A stretch of DNA of 64,000 nucleotides from IMG/VR virus record IMGVR_UViG_3300042474_001076, positions 1 to 64,000 of that record, one strand, 5' to 3'. This stretch comes from a virus. Its lineage: Duplodnaviria > Caudoviricetes. The translations under genes were made by a program, and so were the position numbers. The notes beneath the pieces are model-generated. The model was given only the letters and a program-made list of their open reading frames with translations. It was not told the origin of the DNA and did not search any database. Positions 20,416 to 29,985 of this stretch are shown piece after piece; the stretch's first letter is position 1, and the number at the start of each line of letters is the position of its first letter.

Positions 20416-23214
20416 ATGATATCACAAGAAGAAATTAAAAGTTTCTTGGAGGGGAATGACCCTGAACAGCACATAGTTGCGGTAGAGTTTGACTATGCTT
20501 CAGACCACATTTTTAAAATTAAAGAAGTACCGGGAAAAGGTAAAGTTATTCAACAAGATTCACTCATAGCATTTGCGTGGGTAGGTGATTTACATGGTCT
20601 TAATTTTTATGAAGGATCGAAATCTCTACAAAAACAAGCAATGGGTAAGTACGGTATTCTAATAGAAAAACTCCGAACAGACAATAGTAAACAATTAGAA
20701 GAAGGATTAACATTCATAGTTAAATCAATTAAAGGTTATCGATCATTAATACAATTCTTTCGTGAAGGGGGAATTGATCCATGGGGAGAAAAAACAAAAG
20801 ACAAAATATTAATGGTGTCTCCGGTAGAACAATACCTCATCTCAAAAGAAAAAAGATTATTTAAAGGATTTGAAGAATATAATGATATCACAAGGTTTGT
20901 ATTTGACCTTGAGACTACCTCTTTAGAACCAAGAGATGGTAGAATATTTATGATTGGAATGAAAACAAATAAAGGTTTTCAAAAAGTTATTGAATGTTCA
21001 AATGAAGATGAAGAACGATCAGGTATTGTTGAATTTTTTAGAACAATAAACGAAATTAAACCTTCAATTATTGCGGGATATAACTCAGCAAACTTTGATT
21101 GGTTTTGGATTTTTGAAAGATGTAAGGCATTAAACTTAGATATTAAAAAAATATCATTTTCATTAAATGGTAAAAAAACAATATCTCAAAGAGAGTCAAT
21201 GTTAAAATTGGCAAATGAGGTTGAGAAATTTAATCAAGTTCAAATGTGGGGATATAATGTAATTGATATCATACACTCAGTTCGTAGATCACAAGCAATC
21301 AACTCAAACATTAAAGAGGCAGGTTTAAAATATATTACCAAGTATATTGATGCTGAAGCAAAAGATCGTATCTATATTGACCATACAAGTATTGGTTCAA
21401 TGTATGCAGAAAAAGATGAATATTGGTTAAATACTGATAATGGTAAATATAAAAAAGTTGGTATTGACCCAAAGGTTGATGAGATATGTGTAAGACGGGG
21501 AGATGTTTACCTTAAAACAACTGGTGATGATATTGTTGAGAGGTATCTTGATGATGACCTTGAGGAAACATTAATTGTGGATGATGAGTTTAATCAAGCA
21601 ACATTTTTATTATCATCATTGGTACCAACCACATATGAAAGAGCATCTACAATGGGTACCGCAACTCTTTGGAAAATGGTAATGTTGGCTTGGTCATATA
21701 AATATGGGTTAGCAATTCCTAAAAAAGGAGAAAGAAGAAATTTTGTTGGTGGTCTATCACGTTTACTTAAAGTAGGTTATTCTAAGGACGTATTAAAACT
21801 TGACTACTCATCACTATACCCATCCATTCAGTTAGTTCATGACGTGTTTCCTGAGTGTGATATAACAGGGGCGATGAAGGGATTATTAACTTACTTCCGT
21901 AACTCTCGTATTATGTATAAGAATTTGGCAGCAGAGTATAAGACGATTGATAAGAAGAAATCAACATCATTTGACCGTAAACAATTACCAATTAAGATCT
22001 TTATCAATGCGTTCTTCGGATCGTTATCGGCACCACAGGTATTTCCGTGGGGAGATATTGATATGGGGGAACAGATTACAACTACAGGTAGACAATATTT
22101 ACGACAAATGTTAAAGTTCTTTAGTAAACGAGGATATAGTCCTCTTGTCTGTGACACCGATGGTATGAACTTCTCATTACCTGAGGGTGGTGTTGATGGA
22201 CGTGTTTATATTGGAAAAGGAAATAACTGGTTAGTTAAAGAGGGTAAAGAATATCGTGGTTATGATGCCGATGTTGCGGAGTTTAACGATATATTTATGA
22301 AAGGTGAAATGGGTCTTGATTGTGATGGTACTTGGGATTCGTGTATTAACTTAGCTCGTAAGAACTACGCAACTATGGAACAAAATGGTAAAATAAAATT
22401 TACCGGCAATAGTATCAAATCTAAAAAGATGCCAAAATATATTGAGAAGTTCTTAGATAAGGGGGTTAAACAATTACTTAATGGTAACGGTAAAGAATTT
22501 ATTGAATGGTATTACGAATATATACAAAAGATATTTGACGAAAAAGTTCCATTGGCTGAAATTGCTTCTAAATCAAGAGTTAAATTAAGTGTAGAGAATT
22601 ATATTAAACGTAGTAAACAAACTACCATAGCAGGTAATCTAATGTCTAGACAAGCACACATGGAACTTATTATAAAAGATGGTATACAGTCAAATCTTGG
22701 AGATACAATCCTATATGTAAACAACGGAACAAAAGCTTCTCATGGTGACGTTCAAAAAATTAATAAACCAAATAAAGGTTGGTCACAGGAACAGATATCC
22801 GAACACATTAAAAGTTATGGAGTACCCCTAAAAGATTCAATGGAATCATTTGTACAACTTAATTGTTATAGAATTAATCCATCTGATTTAGAAAATAATC
22901 CTGAGATGTTAGGAAGTTATAATATTCAAAGAGCAATTGCAACATTTAATAAACGAGTTGAACCTCTTACAATAGTTTTTGATGATGAGGTTAGAAAAAC
23001 ATTATTAGTTAAGAATCCAGAGGATAGAAGTTTTTATACAACAGACCAATGTAAATTAATTAATGGTAAACCATTTAGTCCTGAAGACCAAGATGATGTT
23101 TATGAAAATTTAATGAAAATGGAACAAGGTGAAATAGATTTTTGGAATAAAGTTGGTATTGACCCTAATTACATATATGAATTTGCGGAGCCAGGATGGG
23201 AACAATACCTATAA
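20416..23214 (+). CDS. Family B DNA polymerase (gp43-like)
   Basis: Exonuclease motifs FDLETT and GYNSANFD. Polymerase motifs LDYSSLYPS, KIFINAFFG and CDTDG. Likely start is the ATG at 20416 (MISQEEI). Confidence 0.95.
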   Translation: MISQEEIKSFLEGNDPEQHIVAVEFDYASDHIFKIKEVPGKGKVIQQDSLIAFAWVGDLHGLNFYEGSKSLQKQAMGKYGILIEKLRTDNSKQLEEGLTFIVKSIKGYRSLIQFFREGGIDPWGEKTKDKILMVSPVEQYLISKEKRLFKGFEEYNDITRFVFDLETTSLEPRDGRIFMIGMKTNKGFQKVIECSNEDEERSGIVEFFRTINEIKPSIIAGYNSANFDWFWIFERCKALNLDIKKISFSLNGKKTISQRESMLKLANEVEKFNQVQMWGYNVIDIIHSVRRSQAINSNIKEAGLKYITKYIDAEAKDRIYIDHTSIGSMYAEKDEYWLNTDNGKYKKVGIDPKVDEICVRRGDVYLKTTGDDIVERYLDDDLEETLIVDDEFNQATFLLSSLVPTTYERASTMGTATLWKMVMLAWSYKYGLAIPKKGERRNFVGGLSRLLKVGYSKDVLKLDYSSLYPSIQLVHDVFPECDITGAMKGLLTYFRNSRIMYKNLAAEYKTIDKKKSTSFDRKQLPIKIFINAFFGSLSAPQVFPWGDIDMGEQITTTGRQYLRQMLKFFSKRGYSPLVCDTDGMNFSLPEGGVDGRVYIGKGNNWLVKEGKEYRGYDADVAEFNDIFMKGEMGLDCDGTWDSCINLARKNYATMEQNGKIKFTGNSIKSKKMPKYIEKFLDKGVKQLLNGNGKEFIEWYYEYIQKIFDEKVPLAEIASKSRVKLSVENYIKRSKQTTIAGNLMSRQAHMELIIKDGIQSNLGDTILYVNNGTKASHGDVQKINKPNKGWSQEQISEHIKSYGVPLKDSMESFVQLNCYRINPSDLENNPEMLGSYNIQRAIATFNKRVEPLTIVFDDEVRKTLLVKNPEDRSFYTTDQCKLINGKPFSPEDQDDVYENLMKMEQGEIDFWNKVGIDPNYIYEFAEPGWEQYL

Positions 23215-23234
23215 GTTTCTTAAATGATGAGGTT

Positions 23235-23594
23235 TTAAGACATCTTCAACCCGTCTGAAGATAGTATTATCCAATTTCCTTCTACAAACTGAAACTGTAC
23301 ACAAGCCCCCCAATCTAATTGGAGTTCATCCCATTCCTCATCAATTTTACCAATGTCAGGTAATAACCTAACATTTGTCAATGCTTTTATAATAACTTTT
23401 GAATTTTTTGTAGAATCTAAAGTTATTGTTGTTTCGTTAATGTTTTTTGCAATAATTAATTTTTCACCATTAGAAGTGTATTGTAGTTCGGAAACAATTT
23501 TATAATCGGGGACATATACTTGAGTTGTAACTTGAGTTGTAACTTCACCTTTTATTATTGTTTTTCTTTTCGGGATATTAATTATTGATACCAT
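23235..23594 (-). CDS. Small beta-rich hypothetical, probably structural protein
   Basis: It abuts the neck gene and carries a IIKA...IDEEWDEL.L..GACV.F....NW.I pattern. Confidence 0.5.
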   Translation of the reverse strand: MVSIINIPKRKTIIKGEVTTQVTTQVYVPDYKIVSELQYTSNGEKLIIAKNINETTITLDSTKNSKVIIKALTNVRLLPDIGKIDEEWDELQLDWGACVQFQFVEGNWIILSSDGLKMS

Positions 23595-24719
23595 TTATAT
23601 AACATATATTTGTCTTGGCATTGCTCTAAACTTAAGTGATTTATTTAAGTTTTCTGCAATTAACGCTTCTCTTTCCATTACTTTTTCAGGTTTTAATCTT
23701 GTCAACCTACCTTCAGGTCCTGTAAGTTCATCTATTAGTTTTGTTTTTTCATCTTTTGCCTCAGTTGCTAAAGAAGTGTAATCCATTGTTAATTCAGAAT
23801 CGGGGGTTTTAATGTTACCACTAAATTTACCTCGAACTCTTGCTAATGTTTCTTTACAATATGCCGTAAACCATCTACGAACCCAAACCTGTGCCGGATT
23901 ATTTAGATCAACCCAAGACATTTGTTGGAATGGTACATCTGATGGCATTTGAATTATATCAGGATTATTTTTTAAACAATTGTCTTTATCCTCTTCACAA
24001 GCATCATAATACCAATACCAAACTCTACCTTTCATTAATGTACCATTACCGAAGTCAAATTTACCTCCAGGTGTATTCATTAAGTGAATTGCTTTTTTAC
24101 CTTCAGGTAACGCTGTAACCCTATATGTTAAATCACCTTGGATTATTCTTCTTTGTATATTAATTTCTTGCATTCTTAATAACATATCAAACGCTGGCAT
24201 CATAAAGTAACTACCCGCCATGTTACCCATTTGAGTAAATCCACCCGGTCCTCCTAATCCTCCACCGGCAATTCCACCAAAAGTCCACGGATCTATTAAC
24301 GTATTATTTAATTCTGCGGGAGAAAACCACAGTAATTCGTTAAGTTCTCTACACGCAGGTATTTCATATATTTGTTGGTTACCAACTAATTGAATGTAAT
24401 CTTTCTTTAAAACATAGTCACCGCCAGCTTGTAATCCTACAATTTTAGAATAGGCATATGTGTATCTTGTTTCATAATCTAAACTTTTAGAGATAAATGC
24501 TTTTGCTAATGATTGTGTTTCAACATTTAAACCCCAAAGATTAGACCATTGTGATTCTATTAACCAATCTTGTATATATTGTGAATAATCATCAATAGAA
24601 AATTCTAACAATGTATCCATTTGTTCGTCTTCTAACTCAACACTACGAAGAGGAGCACCTAATAGGTGACGAATTCTTGTATATAATTTACTTCTTTCTG
24701 GTTCTGAAATTATTGACAT
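23595..24719 (-). CDS. Neck protein (T4 gp13-like head-tail adaptor)
   Basis: LGAP...VELEDEQ at the N-terminus and WVRR...A..KE.L.RVRGKF near the C-terminus. TATTTAT lies upstream on the minus strand (24731-24737). Confidence 0.8.
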   Translation of the reverse strand: MSIISEPERSKLYTRIRHLLGAPLRSVELEDEQMDTLLEFSIDDYSQYIQDWLIESQWSNLWGLNVETQSLAKAFISKSLDYETRYTYAYSKIVGLQAGGDYVLKKDYIQLVGNQQIYEIPACRELNELLWFSPAELNNTLIDPWTFGGIAGGGLGGPGGFTQMGNMAGSYFMMPAFDMLLRMQEINIQRRIIQGDLTYRVTALPEGKKAIHLMNTPGGKFDFGNGTLMKGRVWYWYYDACEEDKDNCLKNNPDIIQMPSDVPFQQMSWVDLNNPAQVWVRRWFTAYCKETLARVRGKFSGNIKTPDSELTMDYTSLATEAKDEKTKLIDELTGPEGRLTRLKPEKVMEREALIAENLNKSLKFRAMPRQIYVI

Positions 24720-24739
24720 AGTTTTTATTTATAAATATC

Positions 24740-25834
24740 TTATTTTTTAGTTCTCAACAAATATAACTCATTAACAAATTCCCAATTTACATAATTCCAA
24801 AAATTTCTAATGTATTCATCTCTTTTATTTCTATATCTTAAATAATATGCGTGTTCCCAAACATCAAGACCTAATAAAGGATAACCACCGTCTTTAACAA
24901 CACTCATCATTGGATTGTCTTGGTTGGGTGTTGACATTATTTTTAAAGTATTTTTTTTTGTTAAAATTAACCAAACCCATCCAGATCCAAATCTATCTTT
25001 GGCGGTTTGATTAAATTCATCTTTCATTTTTTTTATATTACCATATTGTTTTGTGATCTCGTCAAATATTTCACCACTTGGTTTTTGTTTTTTTGGTGAT
25101 AACATTTTCCAAAACAAAGCATGGTTAAATGCTCCTCCGGCATTATTTCTAATTACCGTATCATATTTTCCAATAGATTTAACAATATCTTCTAACTCAA
25201 CATCACCATAATCTTTTTTTGATAAAGCGTCATTTAATTTTTTAACATACCCTTTATAATGTTTATTATAATGAATGTTCATTGTTTCAGGGTCAACAAA
25301 TTTATTTATTGATGAATATGAATAAGGTAGTTTATCAATACCAATTTTTTTCATCTCTAATATAAAATTTTCACGTATATTTTCTTTTTCAGATAATATA
25401 ATTTGTTCATTTATTAAATTTATTTTTTTTCCAATACCAACTAAACCTTCATACATAAATTTTTCATATTTAGGGAAGTCACGTTCAAATTTTTTAATAA
25501 CCGATCCGGCTTCAGAATTAGCTTCATCTTCATTTTGACCACCAATATCTTGACCTCTTTCCATACCTTTAGTTGTTCGTTGCCATTCGTGTACCCATTC
25601 ATGAGCCAATGTCCTACAAACATCACGATTTAATCGACCTTTAGTTAAAATTTTAAGTTCTGAATTTTCTGTTCTACTTCCAGTTGACATTTCACCATTT
25701 CTTTCCCCTAAAAACATAATTGTAATATTGTTTTTAATTGGGTATTTTTTTTGTAAATATTTTATAAAATCTTCCATTAAAGTTTTATCTTCTTTGGACA
25801 TATCACATTTAATGTGTTTAATTGTTGCTTTCAT
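24740..25834 (-). CDS. sod: Fe/Mn superoxide dismutase with N-terminal HEXXH domain
   Basis: LPYSY, HYNKHY, GGAFNHALFW, FGSGWVWL, NQD and DVWEHAYY. The N-terminus has RTLAHEWVH...EDEAN. Confidence 0.9.
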   Translation of the reverse strand: MKATIKHIKCDMSKEDKTLMEDFIKYLQKKYPIKNNITIMFLGERNGEMSTGSRTENSELKILTKGRLNRDVCRTLAHEWVHEWQRTTKGMERGQDIGGQNEDEANSEAGSVIKKFERDFPKYEKFMYEGLVGIGKKINLINEQIILSEKENIRENFILEMKKIGIDKLPYSYSSINKFVDPETMNIHYNKHYKGYVKKLNDALSKKDYGDVELEDIVKSIGKYDTVIRNNAGGAFNHALFWKMLSPKKQKPSGEIFDEITKQYGNIKKMKDEFNQTAKDRFGSGWVWLILTKKNTLKIMSTPNQDNPMMSVVKDGGYPLLGLDVWEHAYYLRYRNKRDEYIRNFWNYVNWEFVNELYLLRTKK

Positions 25835-25854
25835 TATTTATAAATATCATATAA

Positions 25855-25883
25855 AATAAAAAACCCACCTGTGTGGTGGGTTT
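25855..25883 (-). terminator. Intrinsic terminator
   Basis: AAACCCACC-tgtgt-GGTGGGTTT hairpin followed by a U-rich run on the minus strand. Confidence 0.75.
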
Positions 25884-25910
25884 ATAATATTATTTTTACT
25901 AATACGGTTT

Positions 25911-26459
25911 TTAATCTAAATAACCTAATATAGTTGCTTCACCATTTAAACATTCAATTAACGAATCAACTTTTTCTGGATCCATGTTTGGTTCCATTTC
26001 TTCATAAATATCATCTATACATGTATTAAATTCTTCTTTATTACTAATTAATTGACAACTTTCAGGTACATACTCTTTATCAAATTCAGATAAAGTGTTA
26101 AAACATTCTTTAAGCCCATCAGTAAAAGAATTATTATTATCTTCTGATGATAAAAACCCTAAACTTGATGCTTTTCCCTGTAAACAATTAAATAATTTGT
26201 CAAACTCAGATACCTTACTTCCCATTCCCTGTATTGCTAAATTTATTTCATTTTTACATTCTATAAATTCATCCCTATTTGTAACTGATTTACAACTTTC
26301 AGGTATATTTTCATTAGTTAAACCAAATGAATCAAAACATTCTTGAAATTCCTCAATATTTTCAAATAATAAACCTTTTTGTTTTAAATATCTTTGTTCA
26401 ACAAGTAAATTAACTTGTTGAGTTTTTCTAATTTTAGTTTGACTTCTACTATTTGACAT
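25911..26459 (-). CDS. Hypothetical protein with two internal 4-Cys helical repeats
   Basis: ECF...PESC.....EF..C...I...L..CL.G.A..LG occurs twice. Confidence 0.65.
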   Translation of the reverse strand: MSNSRSQTKIRKTQQVNLLVEQRYLKQKGLLFENIEEFQECFDSFGLTNENIPESCKSVTNRDEFIECKNEINLAIQGMGSKVSEFDKLFNCLQGKASSLGFLSSEDNNNSFTDGLKECFNTLSEFDKEYVPESCQLISNKEEFNTCIDDIYEEMEPNMDPEKVDSLIECLNGEATILGYLD

Positions 26460-26802
26460 TAATTCTTCTTTTATTTTCCTTAAGACTTGCGTTCATAACT
26501 GGGTTACTTATTTTATTAGCAACACAAGTAAAAAATTTCACAGCGTCTTCAGGTTTTTTATTTAATCTTACTAATTCAGACGCACATTTAAACCCTTTCA
26601 TGAGATCTGTTGGTATTTTTCCATTAGTAATTACCTCCATACCTAATTCCAAACAAGTTGGAAGATTAGCCATATCACTTAATGTTAATACTTCTGTTGC
26701 ACAACTCATAATTTCTTGGGGAATATCACCGTCAATTTCCTTAATAACTCTTCTAATTAATTTAGATAAATCAGCTTCGGTTAATCTTATTGTTTTTTTC
26801 AT
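26449..26802 (-). CDS. Small MKKTIRLTE-leader protein with 4 Cys
   Basis: MKKTIRLTEADLSKLIRRVIKE leader, with upstream TATTTAT at 26820-26826 on the minus strand. Confidence 0.7.
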   Translation of the reverse strand: MKKTIRLTEADLSKLIRRVIKEIDGDIPQEIMSCATEVLTLSDMANLPTCLELGMEVITNGKIPTDLMKGFKCASELVRLNKKPEDAVKFFTCVANKISNPVMNASLKENKRRINVK

Positions 26803-26848
26803 AATATATTTGTTTTTTTATAAATATAACGACAATTGTAAAAAATTT

Positions 26849-27169
26849 TTATTTATTATAAATACACTTTGCTGTTTCAGTTGTAAGATTTGTATAATAT
26901 CTAGCTTTATCAAAAAAGTCCATGTTTTTAGTTTTTTCGTCTATTATACTTTTAGCCCCTGCAAGACAACTTTTAAGATTTGTCATTGTTTGTCCTGATT
27001 CTGTATTTAATGTTTTACAAGAACTAATTTTTTCAAGGTCAGTTAACTTTAATTGTGATGCTGTTGCAACACACGATAAAACACCACCAATCTTTGAATT
27101 TTCTTCTCTTATTACTCGTCTAACAATACGAGCTAAATCAGATTCCGTTAATCTTATTGTTTTTTTCAT
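26849..27169 (-). CDS. Small MKKTIRLTE-leader protein with 4 Cys (paralog)
   Basis: MKKTIRLTESDLARIVRRVIRE. The start at 27169 is chosen by alignment to the paralog and from the upstream TATTTAT (27187-27193). Confidence 0.7.
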   Translation of the reverse strand: MKKTIRLTESDLARIVRRVIREENSKIGGVLSCVATASQLKLTDLEKISSCKTLNTESGQTMTNLKSCLAGAKSIIDEKTKNMDFFDKARYYTNLTTETAKCIYNK

Positions 27170-27210
27170 AATATATTTATTTTTATATAAATATAACAAC
27201 AACAATAATA

Positions 27211-28974
27211 TTATCTTTTTTTATTTATAATGTCTAAAATTTCTTCAACAACGTCTCCACTATTCTCAGGATTTTCATCCCCCATTACAGTTCTGATAAT
27301 TTTTTTTTTACGATTTAGGATATCATATATTGCTCCTTCAATTGTGTTTTCATATAATGGATAATACACAAGTACATTAGATTTTTGACCATAACGATAT
27401 GCTCGATCTTCTGCTTGAGCATGTTCTGCAGGAACAAAAGATAAGTCATTCATAATAACAACCTCAGCGGCGGTCAAAGTTAAACCAACACCTGCAGCTT
27501 TTAAGTTACCAACAAATACTCTAATCTTTTCGTTATCTTGAAATTCATCAACAGCATGTTGACGATGAGGTTTAGAACAACTACCATCCAAATAAACCGC
27601 TTGTTTACCAAAATGTTGATAAATCGTTTGTAATGTGTCAGTAAAGTTTGTGAAGATAATAACCTTTTTACCTTGTTCAATAATATTTTCGGCAAACTCG
27701 ATTGTTTGTTTTGTTTTTTCGTTTGAAATAACTTTTCTAACTTTCATTAATTTAGAAAATTGAACAGTAAGAGAAGACGATTCATCTTTTTTATTATCAA
27801 ACCAATTATAATATTCCCCCATCAGTTCTTCATATTCTTTTGATTTCAAACGAAGATATACAGGAGAAATAATTTTATCAGGAAGATCCAACACATCTTC
27901 TTTTAACCTACGAAGAATTTGTTTTGAAGTTCTATCTCTTAATTCCTCCAAATTAGATGCTCCCGTTACATTCCAAACTTTTCTTCTACCTGCCATAAAT
28001 TGATATCCTTGACAATAACGAATAGCGTAAGCCATCCAATTTTGAGCAACAGGAGATTCAATAATATTTAATAGGTTATAATAGTTCATTGGTCTAGAAG
28101 TCATTGGAGTTCCCGTTAATAACCAAACCCTTTTAATGTTTTTAACAAAATGATTTATGATTTTTGTTCTTTGTGCTTGAGGATTTGAGATCATGTGAGC
28201 TTCATCTAAAATAACAAGGTCAAAATTTGATTGATCTAATAAAGACTTATTTTTATCCGTTGTATTGTGAAAATTTTTTAGGATATCATAATTAACAATA
28301 ACAAAATCAGATTCAGTTGAAAATTTCTTACCTTCCGAGATATAAACAGGTCTATCTGAATAATTTTCAATTTCACGTTGCCAGTTAATCTTTAATGATG
28401 CGGGACATATAATTAATATTTTTTTCGCACCAGTCTCTAACGCAGCAATGATTGTACAAGTTGTTTTACCCAACCCCATATCATCAGCAAGAATAAATCT
28501 TCTTGATCCTGCTAATTTTTCTATTGCTTCTTTTTGATGTTGTAGTGGGGGTCTATGACTGTATTTAGAATAATCTACCTCAACTACCTCAACATTGTGA
28601 GTCTTTATTAATGATGATTTAGGAACCCAAAATTCTGTTAAAGGATCATTTTCAAAGAACTTACCCCAAATATGATACGATTTTTCTTTCTCAACTAATA
28701 ATTTCTCAATGTAAATTTTTTCAGGAGTTTCCATAAAATATCTTTCCTCAGCAAACTTCTTCGCAAAATAAGTATCAAGATCAACCCACTTACGAGCAAC
28801 CTTAGGAACTGTGTCAAAATAATTTATAATGTAATCTGATTGAGTTCTTGTTGGGTAAAACTTTTTATTATTCTCTTTTTTGGTTTTTAGATACAATATA
28901 TGATTATTGGCCCCCGAGTATGAGTCTAATAATTCTAACGCTTTATGTTCTATCAATGATTGATTAATATCCAA
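27211..28974 (-). CDS. SNF2-family (SMARCAL1/HARP-like) helicase
   Basis: LADDMGLGKT, DEAH, LTGTP, RRLK, GVGLTLT and QAEDRAYRYGQ. The start is uncertain (TTG at 28974 versus ORF track 29019). Confidence 0.9.
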   Translation of the reverse strand: MDINQSLIEHKALELLDSYSGANNHILYLKTKKENNKKFYPTRTQSDYIINYFDTVPKVARKWVDLDTYFAKKFAEERYFMETPEKIYIEKLLVEKEKSYHIWGKFFENDPLTEFWVPKSSLIKTHNVEVVEVDYSKYSHRPPLQHQKEAIEKLAGSRRFILADDMGLGKTTCTIIAALETGAKKILIICPASLKINWQREIENYSDRPVYISEGKKFSTESDFVIVNYDILKNFHNTTDKNKSLLDQSNFDLVILDEAHMISNPQAQRTKIINHFVKNIKRVWLLTGTPMTSRPMNYYNLLNIIESPVAQNWMAYAIRYCQGYQFMAGRRKVWNVTGASNLEELRDRTSKQILRRLKEDVLDLPDKIISPVYLRLKSKEYEELMGEYYNWFDNKKDESSSLTVQFSKLMKVRKVISNEKTKQTIEFAENIIEQGKKVIIFTNFTDTLQTIYQHFGKQAVYLDGSCSKPHRQHAVDEFQDNEKIRVFVGNLKAAGVGLTLTAAEVVIMNDLSFVPAEHAQAEDRAYRYGQKSNVLVYYPLYENTIEGAIYDILNRKKKIIRTVMGDENPENSGDVVEEILDIINKKR

Positions 28975-29033
28975 AATTCTCTTTTTATTAAAAATAACAA
29001 TAAAAAAGATATTTATCAATAAAAACCGTAATT

Positions 29034-29546
29034 ATGGCTAATAAAATTCCTATTACAAGATTGGGTAAATTTTTCGGAGAGAACGATTTTGACCTTGATA
29101 TTTCAATGGGAGAAGAGTGGTTGATTGGTGATATGAATTTCACTTGTGTGTTATATCGTATAGATAGGCAAAAGACAAAAACAGATGATGTCTATGGTGA
29201 AACCGTTTCGGACGGTATTAAATTTTTACCTCCAATTGAATTTAATGCGTTTGTTCAAGTATCGGCACCTGAAAATAAAATGATGGGGTCAACAAGAATG
29301 GATCAAATGGAGCCAGGGAATATTAGAGTTTCTGTTTATCAAAAAACTTTAGATAATTTAAATGTTGATATAAATTTTGGGGATTACATTGGTTACTATG
29401 AAACTGAAACTTTGGTAAGGTACTATACGGTTAATAATGATGGTCGTGTTGTGTCAGATAATAAACATACCTATGCAGGATATAAACCATTTTATCGTAC
29501 AATAAGTGCGTCTCCTGTTGGGCCAAATGAATTTAAAGGATTATGA
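29034..29546 (+). CDS. Putative head closure/neck protein (gp14-like)
   Basis: LYRID...DDVYGE pattern, position next to the tail-completion gene, and TATTTAT at 29010-29016. Confidence 0.5.
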   Translation: MANKIPITRLGKFFGENDFDLDISMGEEWLIGDMNFTCVLYRIDRQKTKTDDVYGETVSDGIKFLPPIEFNAFVQVSAPENKMMGSTRMDQMEPGNIRVSVYQKTLDNLNVDINFGDYIGYYETETLVRYYTVNNDGRVVSDNKHTYAGYKPFYRTISASPVGPNEFKGL

Positions 29547-29983
29547 AAATACTATTAAAAGAATCACAAACTAATGAATTAATATCTTTTATAAAAAAAG
29601 ACCCTAATTTATTAATAAAAAAACAAGTTAAAGTTTATTATGATATTACAAGACATATGTTTTCTGTTACATTTTCTGGTATTGTTGTATTAAAGGCAGA
29701 TTACGTTAGATTAAAAAATGTTAAATTTTTAGTGGGGGAAAAGGGAAAAGAAAAAGTTAGGTCAGTAAAACAAAAAAATGTTCATGCTTATGTTACTGGA
29801 ACATTGATTGATTATTGTGAATATCCTTGTGAGGATATACCAAGTCCTGAAGGAAATGTTGTTATTAAATATAATCCTTATTTTGACGACTCATTTCTCA
29901 TAAAAAAAACAAAAGAACCAATTTTTAGTGCTGATGAGGTTGAAATGATAAATTTAGATGATAAAATATTTTTAGTTAATTAA
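29543..29983 (+). CDS. Conserved phage hypothetical protein (KNVHA motif)
   Basis: KVYY...F.V...G.EKVR..KQKNVHAYV.G...YNPY. Confidence 0.6.
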   Translation: MKILLKESQTNELISFIKKDPNLLIKKQVKVYYDITRHMFSVTFSGIVVLKADYVRLKNVKFLVGEKGKEKVRSVKQKNVHAYVTGTLIDYCEYPCEDIPSPEGNVVIKYNPYFDDSFLIKKTKEPIFSADEVEMINLDDKIFLVN

Positions 29984-29985
29984 TT

